The notes: generated by a model from the letters alone, not told the origin. DNA of 64,000 bases from Dehalococcoidia bacterium (GCA_965222025.1 CBDCTI010000011.1:70990-134989), one strand, 5' to 3'. Shown: positions 1 through 10,078, counted from the first letter of the stretch. Numbers and translations are program-made.

Positions 1-1256
1 CGGGGGATTAGCTCGCCGAGGGCGTAGCCTACGGCGGCGGAGAGGGCGCCGATGCCCAGAATCTCGAGGCCCTGGAGGAGCGGGGAGCGCTGGACCATGC
101 GGCCCTTGATCAGGCCAAGGGTGAACAGGCCGGCGAGGGTCCCTCCGACGGATACGGCGATGGCGGTGTTGCCGGTGAGGAAGAAATGGGGGACCAGCGG
201 GATGGCGGCGCCGGTGATGAAGGCGAGGCCCATTACGAGGGCGTCCTTGACCGGGCTGGCAGTCTCCTCGGTGCTTATTCCCAGTTCCTTTTCCACCAGC
301 GTCTTGAGCCATTGGTCGCGGTCCTGGGAGATGTCGTCGGCCATCTGCCGGGCCTCGTGGAAGGTCATGCCCTCGCGCTGGAACAGGACCACCAGCTCGG
401 CCAACTCCTCGGCGGGGTTGGTTTCAATCTCCCGGGCCTCGCGCTCGATCTCGGCGCGCTGGACGTCGCGCTCGGCGCGGGATCCGAGGAGGGCACCGGT
501 GGCCATGGAGATCATTCCGGGGAGGGCTCCGGCCAGGCCGGCGACCACGACGGTGGTCTGGCTCTCGAAGGCAACGGCGAGGCTGGTGACCAGGGCGACG
601 GTGCTGAGCAGGCCGTCCTGGGCGCCGAACACGACCTCGCGGAGTCGGCCGAGGCGGGCGACGCGCCAGATCTCGCTGTCGACCTCGGCGGCGGCGGTGT
701 TGTAGGTCTCGCGGTCGAAGGCGCGCCCGGCGGCGGCCGAGGCATCCGATGATCCGTCGGGCATAGGAGCAAGGGATGCGATCGCCACGCTGGCGGGCAT
801 GACCGGGATCTCGGGGATGGGTGCCGGGCGGGCGATGCCATCCTGGGCAGCCAGCTTTTCCTCCAGCCCCTGCAGGGCTTCGGTGAAGGCCTCCAGGTGG
901 CGGCGCTCACGCTCCATGGCCATGGTGAAGGAGCCTGCGGCGTCCTGATTGCCCTCGGCCAGGGCCTCGCGAATCATGCGCGGGTAGATTGTGGCCGCCT
1001 CTTCGGCCTCGCCCTCGATGATGGCGCGCAGATTCTCGGCGGTGGTGGCCAGATCGCCGGAGACGCGAAGGTGGTTGATGCCGTGGACAGTCTCGGCGCC
1101 GGCGACCTCCTGAAAGATCTGGGCGACCTCGGGGTGGCCCTCCTGCATGGCGCGCTGGGCGTAGGCGTTGTATTTCAGGTTGGCCAAGGCCTCGGAGACG
1201 ATGGCGCTCCAGAGGTTCTTTTCAGTTGTGGTCAGCGAGGTGGGATTTGCGGCCAT
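1..1256 (-). CDS. Rubrerythrin/ferritin-like domain fused to VIT1/CCC1 iron transporter domain (MbfA-like), 3' end outside window
   Basis: Hand translation from ATG 1256 (GAGGG RBS) is open to the window edge. N-terminus has E..E..H di-iron motifs (SEALANLKY...AGAETVHG; EGEAEE...ERERRHLEAF), then a Pro-rich linker, then VIT1 motifs (REVVFGAQDGL, GMISMATG, LVEKELG). Absent from the ORF track because it has no stop in the window. Confidence 0.85.
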   Translation of the reverse strand, partial: MAANPTSLTTTEKNLWSAIVSEALANLKYNAYAQRAMQEGHPEVAQIFQEVAGAETVHGINHLRVSGDLATTAENLRAIIEGEAEEAATIYPRMIREALAEGNQDAAGSFTMAMERERRHLEAFTEALQGLEEKLAAQDGIARPAPIPEIPVMPASVAIASLAPMPDGSSDASAAAGRAFDRETYNTAAAEVDSEIWRVARLGRLREVVFGAQDGLLSTVALVTSLAVAFESQTTVVVAGLAGALPGMISMATGALLGSRAERDVQRAEIEREAREIETNPAEELAELVVLFQREGMTFHEARQMADDISQDRDQWLKTLVEKELGISTEETASPVKDALVMGLAFITGAAIPLVPHFFLTGNTAIAVSVGGTLAGLFTLGLIKGRMVQRSPLLQGLEILGIGALSAAVGYALGELIP

Positions 1257-1295
1257 TGCGATGCCCTCGTTGGTGTGCTCTTACCAGTTACGAAC

Positions 1296-1323
1296 AAGTC
1301 TTGAATATATTGTATCAAGACTT
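1296..1323. promoter_or_regulatory. Inverted-repeat operator candidate AAGTCTTGA-N10-TCAAGACTT
   Basis: Perfect 9-bp inverted repeat with an AT-rich spacer, 40 bp upstream of the rubrerythrin-VIT1 start. Confidence 0.55.
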
Positions 1324-1607
1324 TTGAAGAAGTGGTGGACTTCCGGACTGTAATACGAAATTCGTAGGGGCCCCTAATTGTGTCAGCGGAGGCGCAGGAG
1401 TTCCTGTGGCAGAGGTGAGACTCTTCGCTACGCTCAGAATGGGGAAGACGCAAAGAGGTGGGGATGGCACGCGGGTAGGAGGGTGGCAGACTCGGGCGTA
1501 CGGTGGCCGCGGGTAGACGGCGTACGGCATGCTTGAGGGGATAGCGGCTGCGCGAGCGGAGGCGGGGGATGTGCCTTGGATGAAGGGTTTGGGTCGGGCT
1601 CTTGCGT

Positions 1608-2012
1608 TCAGCCGCCGGGGGAGGCGTGGTGGCCGATCATCTTCCAGCCGTCGTCGTGACGGGCGAAGAAGTTGGTGGCGTAGGTGGAGAAGTTGGAGGC
1701 GCGGCCCTGAACCACGCTGGTGATGACCTCGACGCAGGTGACGCAGCCGAACTCGCCCTGGGCGACCACGTTCAGGTAGCGGACGGTGAACTGCATGAGG
1801 TTGGCGTTATCGAAGATGCGGACCCAGCTTTCGCGGATGGTGTCCCAGCCGACGATGGGGGTCCAGCCTGGGTGGACGCACATGGCGCGTTCGGAGGTTT
1901 CCCAGACCTCGTCCATGCGCTCGATGCTCAGCTCGTTGAAGGCGTCGTAGAACCGCTGGTTGGCGGCCCTGATTTCCTCGACGATTTCGGGTTCTTCGTT
2001 GTACATGGCCAT
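1608..2012 (-). CDS. SnoaL-like/NTF2-family protein
   Basis: IRAANQRFYDAF...CVHPGW...GW..IRESW...TNFF.R.DDGWKMIGHHAS. Start moved to ATG 2012. Confidence 0.8.
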   Translation of the reverse strand: MAMYNEEPEIVEEIRAANQRFYDAFNELSIERMDEVWETSERAMCVHPGWTPIVGWDTIRESWVRIFDNANLMQFTVRYLNVVAQGEFGCVTCVEVITSVVQGRASNFSTYATNFFARHDDGWKMIGHHASPGG

Positions 2013-2020
2013 GAGGTTTG

Positions 2021-2734
2021 TTACGGCTCCCGGCCGGCGCGCACGGCCCAGTGCTCCCAGGCGCGGCCCATGGTGCGGAGCCCGAGCTGGCCCTCGGACA
2101 TGATGGCGACCTCTCCGGGAGACAGGTACTTGACGTTGCCCAGCTTGAGCGACTCCAGCAGCAGGCTGGCGTTGACCTGCAGGTAGATAGCGGCCATGAC
2201 GGCTTCTTTCAGGGCGGCGCCGACGACGACACAGCCGTGGCCGCGCATGAGGGCGACGCGGCGCGGGCCGAGGGTGGTGGCCAGGTCGCGGCCTTGGGGC
2301 ATGGTGGTAACCAGCAGGTTGGTATCGCCGAAGTTGTCCTGGATGTCCCAAGTGGGGATGTCGTCCCCGATGAGGGCGGCAAGGTGGAACATGGGCTTGA
2401 GAGGGACGCCGGTGACGCCGAAGGGCACGACAGGCTGTGCGTGGTTGTGTACCACGGCCATCACGTCGGGGCGGGCCTCGTAGACGCCGCCGTGGATGGG
2501 CCGCTCGGAATACATCTCGCGGCCCTGCTGGTCGATGGGTTCGCCCTCGAGGGTGAACTCCATGAGGTCGTTGCGCTCCACCAACTGAGGGGCGCGCGAG
2601 CGGGAAAGAAAGTACCGGCCGGGGTTCCCGGGGTGGCGGATGCTGACATGGCCGTAGGCGTCAACAACGTCCTCGCGAGCGAGGATGCGGTTGGCGGTGA
2701 CGAGATCTTCCAGCTGTTGTTCCGGGTCGGTCAT
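2021..2734 (-). CDS. Class II aldolase/adducin family protein
   Basis: DAYGHVSIRHP, SERPIHGGVYEARPDVMAVVHNH and LMRGHG metal-binding motifs. Confidence 0.85.
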   Translation of the reverse strand: MTDPEQQLEDLVTANRILAREDVVDAYGHVSIRHPGNPGRYFLSRSRAPQLVERNDLMEFTLEGEPIDQQGREMYSERPIHGGVYEARPDVMAVVHNHAQPVVPFGVTGVPLKPMFHLAALIGDDIPTWDIQDNFGDTNLLVTTMPQGRDLATTLGPRRVALMRGHGCVVVGAALKEAVMAAIYLQVNASLLLESLKLGNVKYLSPGEVAIMSEGQLGLRTMGRAWEHWAVRAGREP

Positions 2735-2771
2735 GGCTTGCCGTTCCGGAGCCTAATGGATGCTTCACGGT

Positions 2772-2800
2772 GTAGGGGCGGGTTTCAAACCCGCCCCTAC
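2772..2800. repeat. GTAG-type REP palindrome
   Basis: GTAGGGGCGGG-TTTCAAA-CCCGCCCCTAC, perfect 11-bp arms. Confidence 0.75.
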
Positions 2801-2815
2801 GGATTCGCGGTTGCC

Positions 2816-2881
2816 GTCATTCTTAGCGCTGCGAAGCCTCGTTCATCCAGGGATGAGAATCTTCGCTCTCCTCAGAATGAC
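2816..2881. repeat. GTCATTCT...AGAATGAC REP-like element
   Basis: Terminal inverted repeat with internal GCGAAG/CTTCGC. Relics of the same family near 1417-1440 and 10020-10047. Confidence 0.6.
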
Positions 2882-2896
2882 ATTCTCGGCCGTCAC

Positions 2897-3517
2897 CTAG
2901 TGGGTAGGGGAGAAGGAGGCCGGCACCATGATCTTGTTTTCCTGGCTCTGGAGGAACTCGCGGGTGGGCGGCGGCCAGTGGGGCGACTTCACGGCCTCTT
3001 CGCGGACGCGGTTGCGCTCGTCGAGGTCCTTGTAGGGCCAGATGTGAACCCACTTGTTCAGCCCGCCCAGCTCGGTGAACCAGGCAGCGGCCAGCGGCGA
3101 ATACTCTTCGTGGTGGGGCACGGCGGCCTCCCAACGCTTGATCACCTCGCCCATGGAGCCGGTCTTGTAGGTGTAGGAGCGCATCTCGTAGATGTTGCCC
3201 ATTTCCTGGTTGTCACCCAAGGGGCGCATGAAGGGAGCGGGGATGAAAATCTCCGATTCCATGTTGACGTACATCTCGGGGTCGTTGGCGGGCGGCCAGT
3301 TGGGGTCCTGGGCGGCCTCGGCGCGGATGCGGGTGCGCTCGTCCATGCTCTCGTAGGGCCAGACATGGATGACCTGGTTGAGGGGGCCGATCTCGGTATG
3401 CCAGAAGGCGGCGAGGGGCGAATACTTCTGCCGGTGGGGCAGTGCCTTTCCGAAATTTTCCTCGAAAGTGGGCACGCTACCGGGTTTTAGGGTGTAGGTG
3501 CGGACCTCGTAGATCAT
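2897..3517 (-). CDS. NIPSNAP family protein (two tandem domains)
   Basis: IYEVRTYTLKPG and IYEMRSYTYKTG repeats, each with GxLN.x.HxWPY. ATG 3517 has an AGGAG RBS. Confidence 0.88.
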   Translation of the reverse strand: MIYEVRTYTLKPGSVPTFEENFGKALPHRQKYSPLAAFWHTEIGPLNQVIHVWPYESMDERTRIRAEAAQDPNWPPANDPEMYVNMESEIFIPAPFMRPLGDNQEMGNIYEMRSYTYKTGSMGEVIKRWEAAVPHHEEYSPLAAAWFTELGGLNKWVHIWPYKDLDERNRVREEAVKSPHWPPPTREFLQSQENKIMVPASFSPTH

Positions 3518-3867
3518 TGTGGCATTCTCCTGCTGGTTGGGGGTTAAATGACGGTAGGGTGAGTATCCGGGTAGTGTACCAAACGGGGGGATGGCGGGCA
3601 ATTTGTTCCCAAGTGGTCAGGAAGATTGCAAAGTCCCTGGGATGGTCGTCCCGAGCGGAGCGAAAGTCGCCTCATTGCAGGCGGGATGCTTAGCTTTGTT
3701 TCAAAATGACCGGCTACTGCTACCACTTCCCAATCGCCCTGGGGAATGGTTGCGTTTGCATTGTCAGGTGAACTTCAGCATATTACCGCAATTCGCGAGA
3801 GGGGAATGCGAGGAGCGTCTGGGATTGCGATTCAGCTGTCCAACTTTCATCCTCTAGGTGCTGGCCG

Positions 3868-4605
3868 ATGCTAACCGGGGTTGAGCTTGTCATCGCCATA
3901 GCGGCCGTAACCGTGGGAGGAGTTGTCCTGGGTGCCGTGAGCTTCGGCCTGGGGATGGTGGCATCCCCGGTGTTGCTGATCCTGCTGGGGGCGAAGCCGA
4001 CGGTGGTGATCATCAACACGTTTATCGTCATCCAGCTGTCGCTGGTCCTGTCCCGGACCTGGCGGCATATCGACCTGCCGATGAGCAAAGGGCTGATCCT
4101 GGGCGGGCTGGCTGCCGCCCCTCTCGGGGCGTTCGTGCTCAATATCGCAGACCCCGGAGTGCTGCGGATCATCATCGGCGTGGTCATAGTGGTGCTGGGG
4201 CTGCTGAACATGCGGGAGTTGCGGATACCCATCGCCACCTTTCCGGGATCGGGTAGCCTGTACGGCTTTGTGACATGCCTGGCGGTTACCGCCATCAGCA
4301 TCGGGGGCCCGCTGGGGGGCGTCTACGCGGTGGCACAGCGCTGGCGAACCGAGACGGTGCGGGCCGCTCTTGCGGCAATGTTCAGCTTCTCCAGCCTGAT
4401 CGCCGTGGTGCTGTACGCGTCTACCGGCCTCTATACGCGAGAAACCCTGATCAACATGGGGATGCTGCTTCCGGGTCTGCTGGTCGGATTCGGAATCGCG
4501 AACCTGCTGGTGAGCCGGCTAAATGCTCAAGTGTTCCGGTACGTGGTCCTGACGCTGGTGGTGCTGGGCGGAGGGATGCTGCTGGGGAGAGAGCTGCTGG
4601 GGTAG
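3868..4605 (+). CDS. Sulfite exporter TauE/SafE family membrane protein
   Basis: GAVSFGLG and ISIGGP repeats, about 8 hydrophobic segments. Confidence 0.8.
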   Translation: MLTGVELVIAIAAVTVGGVVLGAVSFGLGMVASPVLLILLGAKPTVVIINTFIVIQLSLVLSRTWRHIDLPMSKGLILGGLAAAPLGAFVLNIADPGVLRIIIGVVIVVLGLLNMRELRIPIATFPGSGSLYGFVTCLAVTAISIGGPLGGVYAVAQRWRTETVRAALAAMFSFSSLIAVVLYASTGLYTRETLINMGMLLPGLLVGFGIANLLVSRLNAQVFRYVVLTLVVLGGGMLLGRELLG

Positions 4606-4801
4606 GTGGCCCCACAGCCTCGGAAGAGTTGAGGGAGTGTGGGGTGGCGGCGTCCCTGCAGGGCGAAGATGATGAACGGGTCTCCCCCATTTCTCCGGCT
4701 GTCGACGCATTGAACCAGCAGGCAGCGCCGACTGCAATGTCCGTCTGCCGGCCCAGGACCAACGCATACAGCCGCTGAGGGATTCGCGGCTGCAATTGAC
4801 C

Positions 4802-5344
4802 TCAGAAGAAGTTGCTTACGTTCTTGGCCAGGAGGACGGTCTGGTCTAGGACTATCTTGCGATAGGCGACCCTGAGCTGGCCGCCCTCACGGCGAAGGAC
4901 GTCCTCGCGGCTGCCGACGTAGAAGTCCTCCTCGGTCTCGCCGCGGGTGCGGTACATTATGAAGTTGGAGTAGACCTTCAGCTCGGAGTCGCGCTGGCCG
5001 GACTCGACCTCGATGTTGGAGACGAAGTGGCGGGTGCGGGACGGAGGGTCCTCGGCCCAGGCCATGCCGGAATCCAGGCGGTTGATGCGGCGGGTGAGGG
5101 AGTCCTTGTCCTCGTCGAGGATGGCAAGCTCGTCTTCGCGGGAGAGCTCGCCATCCTCGTAGCGGGAGCCATCGAGGATGGATATGGCCTTGCTGTGGGC
5201 CGGGTAGCGGTTGGAGCGCAGGGGCGCCCAGTACTTGATGTCGTCGGTGAGCAAGTCCAGCCACTCGTGGAACTTACGGGAGTCCAGCAACCTGGCCTCG
5301 CGGTAGAGGAACTGCTCCACTTCGCGAATTGTGTCGTCACGCAT
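4802..5344 (-). CDS. Aromatic ring-hydroxylating dioxygenase beta subunit
   Basis: QFLYREARLLD...WLDLL.DD..YW, WAEDPPSRTRHFVSN, R.IVLDQTVL.AKN.S.FF. Confidence 0.92.
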   Translation of the reverse strand: MRDDTIREVEQFLYREARLLDSRKFHEWLDLLTDDIKYWAPLRSNRYPAHSKAISILDGSRYEDGELSREDELAILDEDKDSLTRRINRLDSGMAWAEDPPSRTRHFVSNIEVESGQRDSELKVYSNFIMYRTRGETEEDFYVGSREDVLRREGGQLRVAYRKIVLDQTVLLAKNVSNFF

Positions 5345-6120
5345 AGGTGAATCCTCCGGAAGCAGGGAATTCAGGCGCGGGGTTCACCAGCCTTACACTA
5401 ATATTACCAGTTGCTGCAAAGGTCAGGGCTCTGATCCCTAAAACCCGGTTGCTGTGTCAAAGCCTTCGAGATTTGCACTACGCTGGCCCAGGTCTGGCCG
5501 CGGCTGGTGAGCGCGCTGGGTGGTCTGCACTTCCGTCGCACGTTCGTGGCAACAACCGCGAACCGGCTCACTGGCAACCCCGAGTACACGTTCATCGTGG
5601 TTGGCGAGCGCATCAATGTCCTGGCTGAACTGAAAAACTCGCACTATGACTGACGCGGAGAATAGGGCAAGACCAATGCTGGTGGGCCTGACATATGGGG
5701 TTGTACAACTGTTGGAGCGGGTCAAGTCCCGCAAAACTTGCGTTTCAATCGTTCAGGTTCCCGGAGGAAGGCCAATCTCACTCCGGGGACCCCGCACAAT
5801 GTCGAAAAACGAGTCTTCAGCGATCAGGGAGAGATGGTTGTGCAGAATTTGTGAATGCGAAAAAAGGCAGTTATGAGAACATTGTGAGAAACCCGCTGGG
5901 AACATGTGTTGCATGTTTATTTCTCACACCAGTATTGGGTAGTATAGGGAACCCACCGCCTCCCAACGCTGCGTGTTCCGACTTGGGGGGCTCCACAGCC
6001 TCCCAGCTACCGGCAGACTGCCCGATTGAGACATTCCGCAAAATATAACCGGGGCAGTGTGAAATAGCGATGAAGTTGGGTGGGCTGTTCCACAAGACTT
6101 AAAGGATTACGGGCAAGACG

Positions 6121-6647
6121 ATGAGCCTTTTACAAGCGAATGCTGCATCCACAGAAGCCGAAGTGATAAGGAAAGAAAATGACGCACTGAAGGAACGGCT
6201 AGTCCGACTGAGCGAAGCCAGCATAAAAATATCCGAAAACCTGGATGCCGAATCCGTTCTTCAGGAAGTTATCAACAGCGCTTGAAATCTCACCGGCGCC
6301 CGGTACGGTGCGCTCCTGACTTTCCAGCCCCTGGGAGGTGTTTGCGACTTCTATACTAGTGGCCTTTCGCTGGAAGAACGCGAAAACATGACGCAATCTC
6401 CCTAGGGACTGGGCCTGCTGGGGCACATAAGCGAGAGCAAGGTTCCCGTCCGGCTGAAGGATATGGCAACCCACCCTGACTCCGTGGGTCTTCCGGAAAA
6501 CCATCCTCCCATGAAGACCTTTCTGGGGATGCCGGTCCGCCATCGCAACGAGCATGTGGGCAACCTTTATCTCACGGAAAAAGAAGGAGGGCAGGAGTTT
6601 ACACAGGAGGATGAAGACATAGCGGCAATGTTTGCTGCCCAGGCCGC
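6121..6647 (+). pseudogene. 5' (GAF) part of a fused sensor kinase-response regulator, two in-frame stops, cut by IS3
   Basis: Hand translation: LSEASIKISENLDAESVLQEVINSA*NLTGARYGAL...SP*GLGLLG...HPPMKTFLGMPVR...GNLYLTEKEGGQEFTQEDE, a GAF domain. TGA at 6283 and TAG at 6403. Confidence 0.8.
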
Positions 6648-6737
6648 TGAGGTGGACCCGGAAAACTGGACAGTTGGTTAAGTGGGAATCCTGCTCCTAA
6701 ACTACGGACAGCGACAGCTGTTGATGAGGAGCGGGAA

Positions 6738-7040
6738 ATGTCCACAGAGCGGAGAAAGCACAGCCCGGCCTTCAAGGCGAAAGTTGCACTGGAGGCAATG
6801 AAGGGCGAACAGACGGTGGCCGAGTTGGCCGCCCGGTTCGAGGTCCACCCCAACCAGATTCAGACTTGGAAGAAGGCCTTAGTGGATGGCGCGGCCGCTA
6901 TCTTCGGGCAAGGCAACGGGACCAATAAGGGCAAGGAGCAGAAGAACAAGAACAACGACGCCCTGGTGGCTCGCCTGTACCAGCAGATCGGCCAGCTCAA
7001 GGTGGAGCGGGATTTCTTGGAGGAAAGGTCCGGTCCATGA
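6738..7040 (+). CDS. IS3-family transposase OrfA (HTH)
   Basis: [10 protein letters not shown]...[25 protein letters not shown] overlap with OrfB. Confidence 0.9.
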   Translation: MSTERRKHSPAFKAKVALEAMKGEQTVAELAARFEVHPNQIQTWKKALVDGAAAIFGQGNGTNKGKEQKNKNNDALVARLYQQIGQLKVERDFLEERSGP

Positions 7041-7960
7041 CCCCAGCACAGCGGCGTGAGCTGACCGACCGGCAACATCGGCACCTGTCCATAGTGCGGC
7101 AATGCCAGCTGATGGGTGTCAGCCGCTCCAGCCTCTACTACCGTCCCAAGGGGACACCCCTGGGGGACCTGTCCCTGATGCAGGCCATGGACCGCCAGTA
7201 CCTGGAAACCCCTTTCTACGGTTCCAGGCGGATGAAGGCTTCGCTGGAGCGGCAGGGCATGCCGGTAAGCCGGAAGCGGGTGCAGCGGCTCATGAGACTG
7301 ATGGGACTGCGGGCTATCTACCGGCAGCCTCGCACCAGCCAACCAGCGGCGGGACGCTGGGTCTATCCCTACCTGCTGAGGGATCTGACGATCACCCGGG
7401 CGAACCAGGTGTGGGCGGCTGACATCACCTACCTGCCCATGGCCCGGGGATTCCTGTACCTGGTGGCCATCATGGACTGGCACAGCCGATACGTGGTGGC
7501 TTGGGGGTTGTCCAACACTCTGGAGACCGGCTTTTGTGCCGAGGCCCTGACCGAGGCCCTCGGCCAAGGAAGGCCCGACGTATTCAACACCGACCAGGGA
7601 AGCCAGTTCACCAGCCGCGAGTTCACGCAGATACTCCAGGATCACTCGGTGAAGATCAGCATGGATGGCAGGGGCAGGTACCAGGACAACATATTAGTCG
7701 AGCGGCTATGGAGGACAGTGAAGTACGAGGAGGTCTACCTGAAGGCCTACGCCAACGGCCTTGAGGCCCGCCGAGGGCTGCGAGAGTACTTCCGGTTCTA
7801 CAACCACCGGAGGCCGCATCAGGCCCTGGGCTACCGTACGCCGGCGGAGGTCTTCCACGGCGAGCCTGTAGAAGAGGAGCTGAAGGAAAGGAGGTGCCCG
7901 GACCAACGGGTCTTGGTATCATACGAAGGAGTGCAGGAGTCCCACTTAATTGTGGCTTAA
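7037..7960 (+). CDS. IS3-family transposase OrfB (DDE integrase)
   Basis: [36 protein letters not shown] and YN.RRPHQAL. Confidence 0.92.
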   Translation: MTPAQRRELTDRQHRHLSIVRQCQLMGVSRSSLYYRPKGTPLGDLSLMQAMDRQYLETPFYGSRRMKASLERQGMPVSRKRVQRLMRLMGLRAIYRQPRTSQPAAGRWVYPYLLRDLTITRANQVWAADITYLPMARGFLYLVAIMDWHSRYVVAWGLSNTLETGFCAEALTEALGQGRPDVFNTDQGSQFTSREFTQILQDHSVKISMDGRGRYQDNILVERLWRTVKYEEVYLKAYANGLEARRGLREYFRFYNHRRPHQALGYRTPAEVFHGEPVEEELKERRCPDQRVLVSYEGVQESHLIVA

Positions 7961-7991
7961 TCCTGTCCAACCAATGGGGTCCACCTCACGC

Positions 7992-9957
7992 CGCGGTAAT
8001 AATCAATTCCAGAAGATACGAGGAAGCACACCGGGCAAAGGTGGATCTGGAAACCCTGATGGACATCTCTCCCGTAGCAGTGTCCGTATTTGACGCTCGG
8101 ATAGGCGAGATGACTTATCTGAATCGGGAATCCCGGCGACTTATTGGTGTACTGGGAGTTCCGGATATGGACGTTGAAAACATATTCACATCCTTGAAAT
8201 TCACCAGATCTGACGGGAGAGAAATCGCTTTCGCAGACCTTCCCGGCACCAGGGCGCTTCAGACTGGCGAGACCGTGAGGGCCGAAGAAATTGTCATACA
8301 TCTACCCAACGGGAATACCGTAACCACCCTGGTAAATTGCGCTCCCCTCTTTTCCGAATCAGGGGACATAGAGTCGGTAATGTCCGTAATGCAGGACATG
8401 ACCCCACTGGAGGAGCTGGAAAGGCAAAAAGGACAATTCCTGGGGATGGTCAGTGGAGAGTTGAGAACGCCTGTGGCAACCATCAAGGGTTCAGCCGCTG
8501 CCCTCAAAACCATCGTCGATCCCCTGAACGCAAGTGAGTCAACGCATCTGTTGCGCATAATTGACCAGCAGGCAGACCTGATGCGCAGCCAGCTGAACAG
8601 CCTCATTGAGCTGACCCAGATTGAGTCGGGAACCCTATCGGTGGCTACCGAGTCTACGGATGTAGCGGGACTGATAGAACGGTCCTGCGGAGGGTATCTG
8701 AGAGACCACGCGGCCATAGCCATCCAATTGGATATCCCGGAGGGGCTGCCGAAAGTGCTGGCTGACAAGCACCGTATAAGCCAGGTATTGCACAACTTCC
8801 TCCGCCAGGCAGCGAAGCACTCTAACGAGTCGTCACCAGTCAAGGTGTCTGTTTCCATGGTCGATATCTACGTTGCCACCACGGTCTCCGTGAACGGGTC
8901 ATTTGCTCCTCCCGAGCAATCGTCTTCGCCGTTCAAAGAATCGGAAACGCCTCAGCTATTCAAGAAAATTTCACAGGCCCACAACAAAGCGGCTGAATCG
9001 TCCTCACAAGGCGAGGGGCTGGCGCTTGCCTTCTGCCGTGGGGTTGTAGAGGCTCATGGAGGCCGCCTCAGGACGGAAATGGATGAGCAGGAGGGCAGCC
9101 TGGCAGTGACCTTCACTCTCCCATCGGTAGATGATTTCGCCGAACCCGAACTTCAGAGTCCAAGCTCGGGGGAGACTGACAACGAACCGTTGTCGGCTCC
9201 GGCGGAGAAGGTTCAGGTCCTCTTGTCCATTGAGAACCCAAAGTTGCTGAGCACAGTTCGGAAGGTCTTGCTCAGCGCGGGCTACGGGGCCGTCGCGGCC
9301 ACGGGTCTGGACGAGGTTGAGCAACTTGCGCTGTCGGAAAAGGCGAAACTGATTCTCCTGGACATTGCCGGAAGAGAGGAAGAGTGCTTCCGCACCTTGC
9401 GACGTGCGGGAAGTTCTCTGAATCTCCCGGCAATCGTGCTGTGTGACAGGGACGACGAGGAATATGTGGTACGAGCATTCGACATGGGTGCGGACGGCTA
9501 CATGGTGAAACCATTTTCGGCTTCGGAACTGATCGCAAGGATTAAGGCAACCCTACGAAGGTTGAGCGGCGGCGTAGAATCCACCGGCAAAAATACGTTC
9601 CAGTCGGGCGACGTGCGAATTGATTTCCATGCACGGGCCATCACCGTGTCAGGACAGCCGGTGCAACTGACGGCGACGGAGTACAAACTGCTCACCGAGC
9701 TCTCCATTTCCGCCGGGAGGGTTCTCACCCAGGACATGTTGCTTCAGAGGGTCTGGGGACCGGAGTATCTGGGTGAGTCCCAGCTTTTGCGCTCGTACAT
9801 AAAGTCACTTCGCCAGAAGCTTGGTGACAGCGCGAGGAGCCCCTCGTACATCTTCACAGAGCACGGTATCGGTTACCGCATGGCAAAGGCTGACCCCGTA
9901 CCCGTGAGTTCGGAACACGAAGTTTCAAGGGCGGCCGGTCAGCACCGATACTGGTAG
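7992..9957 (+). pseudogene. 3' part: PAS - degenerate HisKA/HATPase - receiver - OmpR-type winged helix
   Basis: ORF 7894..9957 beyond the IS end. SGELRTP in place of SHELRTP, degenerate N/G boxes, GADGYMVKPF, LTATEYKLL...LLQRVWG...LRQKLGD...YI.TEHGIGYR. Confidence 0.78.
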
Positions 9958-9979
9958 AAGGCGTAGGTCTTGATGCCAG

Positions 9980-10003
9980 GCCCCCTCCCACGAGGGAGGG
10001 GGC
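9980..10003. terminator. Hairpin between convergent genes
   Basis: GCCCCCTCCC-ACGA-GGGAGGGGGC; no clear U-tract. Confidence 0.45.
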
Positions 10004-10078
10004 GTCAGGAGCGTGGGGTGAGATCCTCCGCTTCGCACAGGATCACAGGCCTGGCTCCGATCCTGCGAAGGCCGGCGG

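Larger units (their letters stand above)
6648..7988 (+). mobile_element. IS3-family insertion sequence
   Basis: Terminal inverted repeats TGAGGTGGACCC...GGGTCCACCTCA (TG...CA ends) and a 3-bp CGC duplication (6645-6647, 7989-7991). Confidence 0.92.

Noticed and set aside
52-1304. Plus-strand ORFs 52..705, 186..752 and 897..1304
   Set aside because: Antisense shadows of the rubrerythrin-VIT1 gene. The same applies to most long opposite-strand ORFs in this GC-rich window (for example 2018..3490, 23635..25215, 34185..35318, 44118..45293).
5441-5653. Start-less frame SLKPGCCVKAFEICTTLAQVW...KNSHYD*, possibly NIPSNAP/ABM-like
   Set aside because: Coding-like codon use, but no start and only a 4-residue resemblance; cannot be assigned.
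6283-6405. In-frame TGA and TAG in the GAF region as selenocysteine/pyrrolysine recoding
   Set aside because: Both are simply explained as single substitutions (for example CGA/TGC and CAG), the gene is also IS-disrupted, and no SECIS-like or pyl context is evident.
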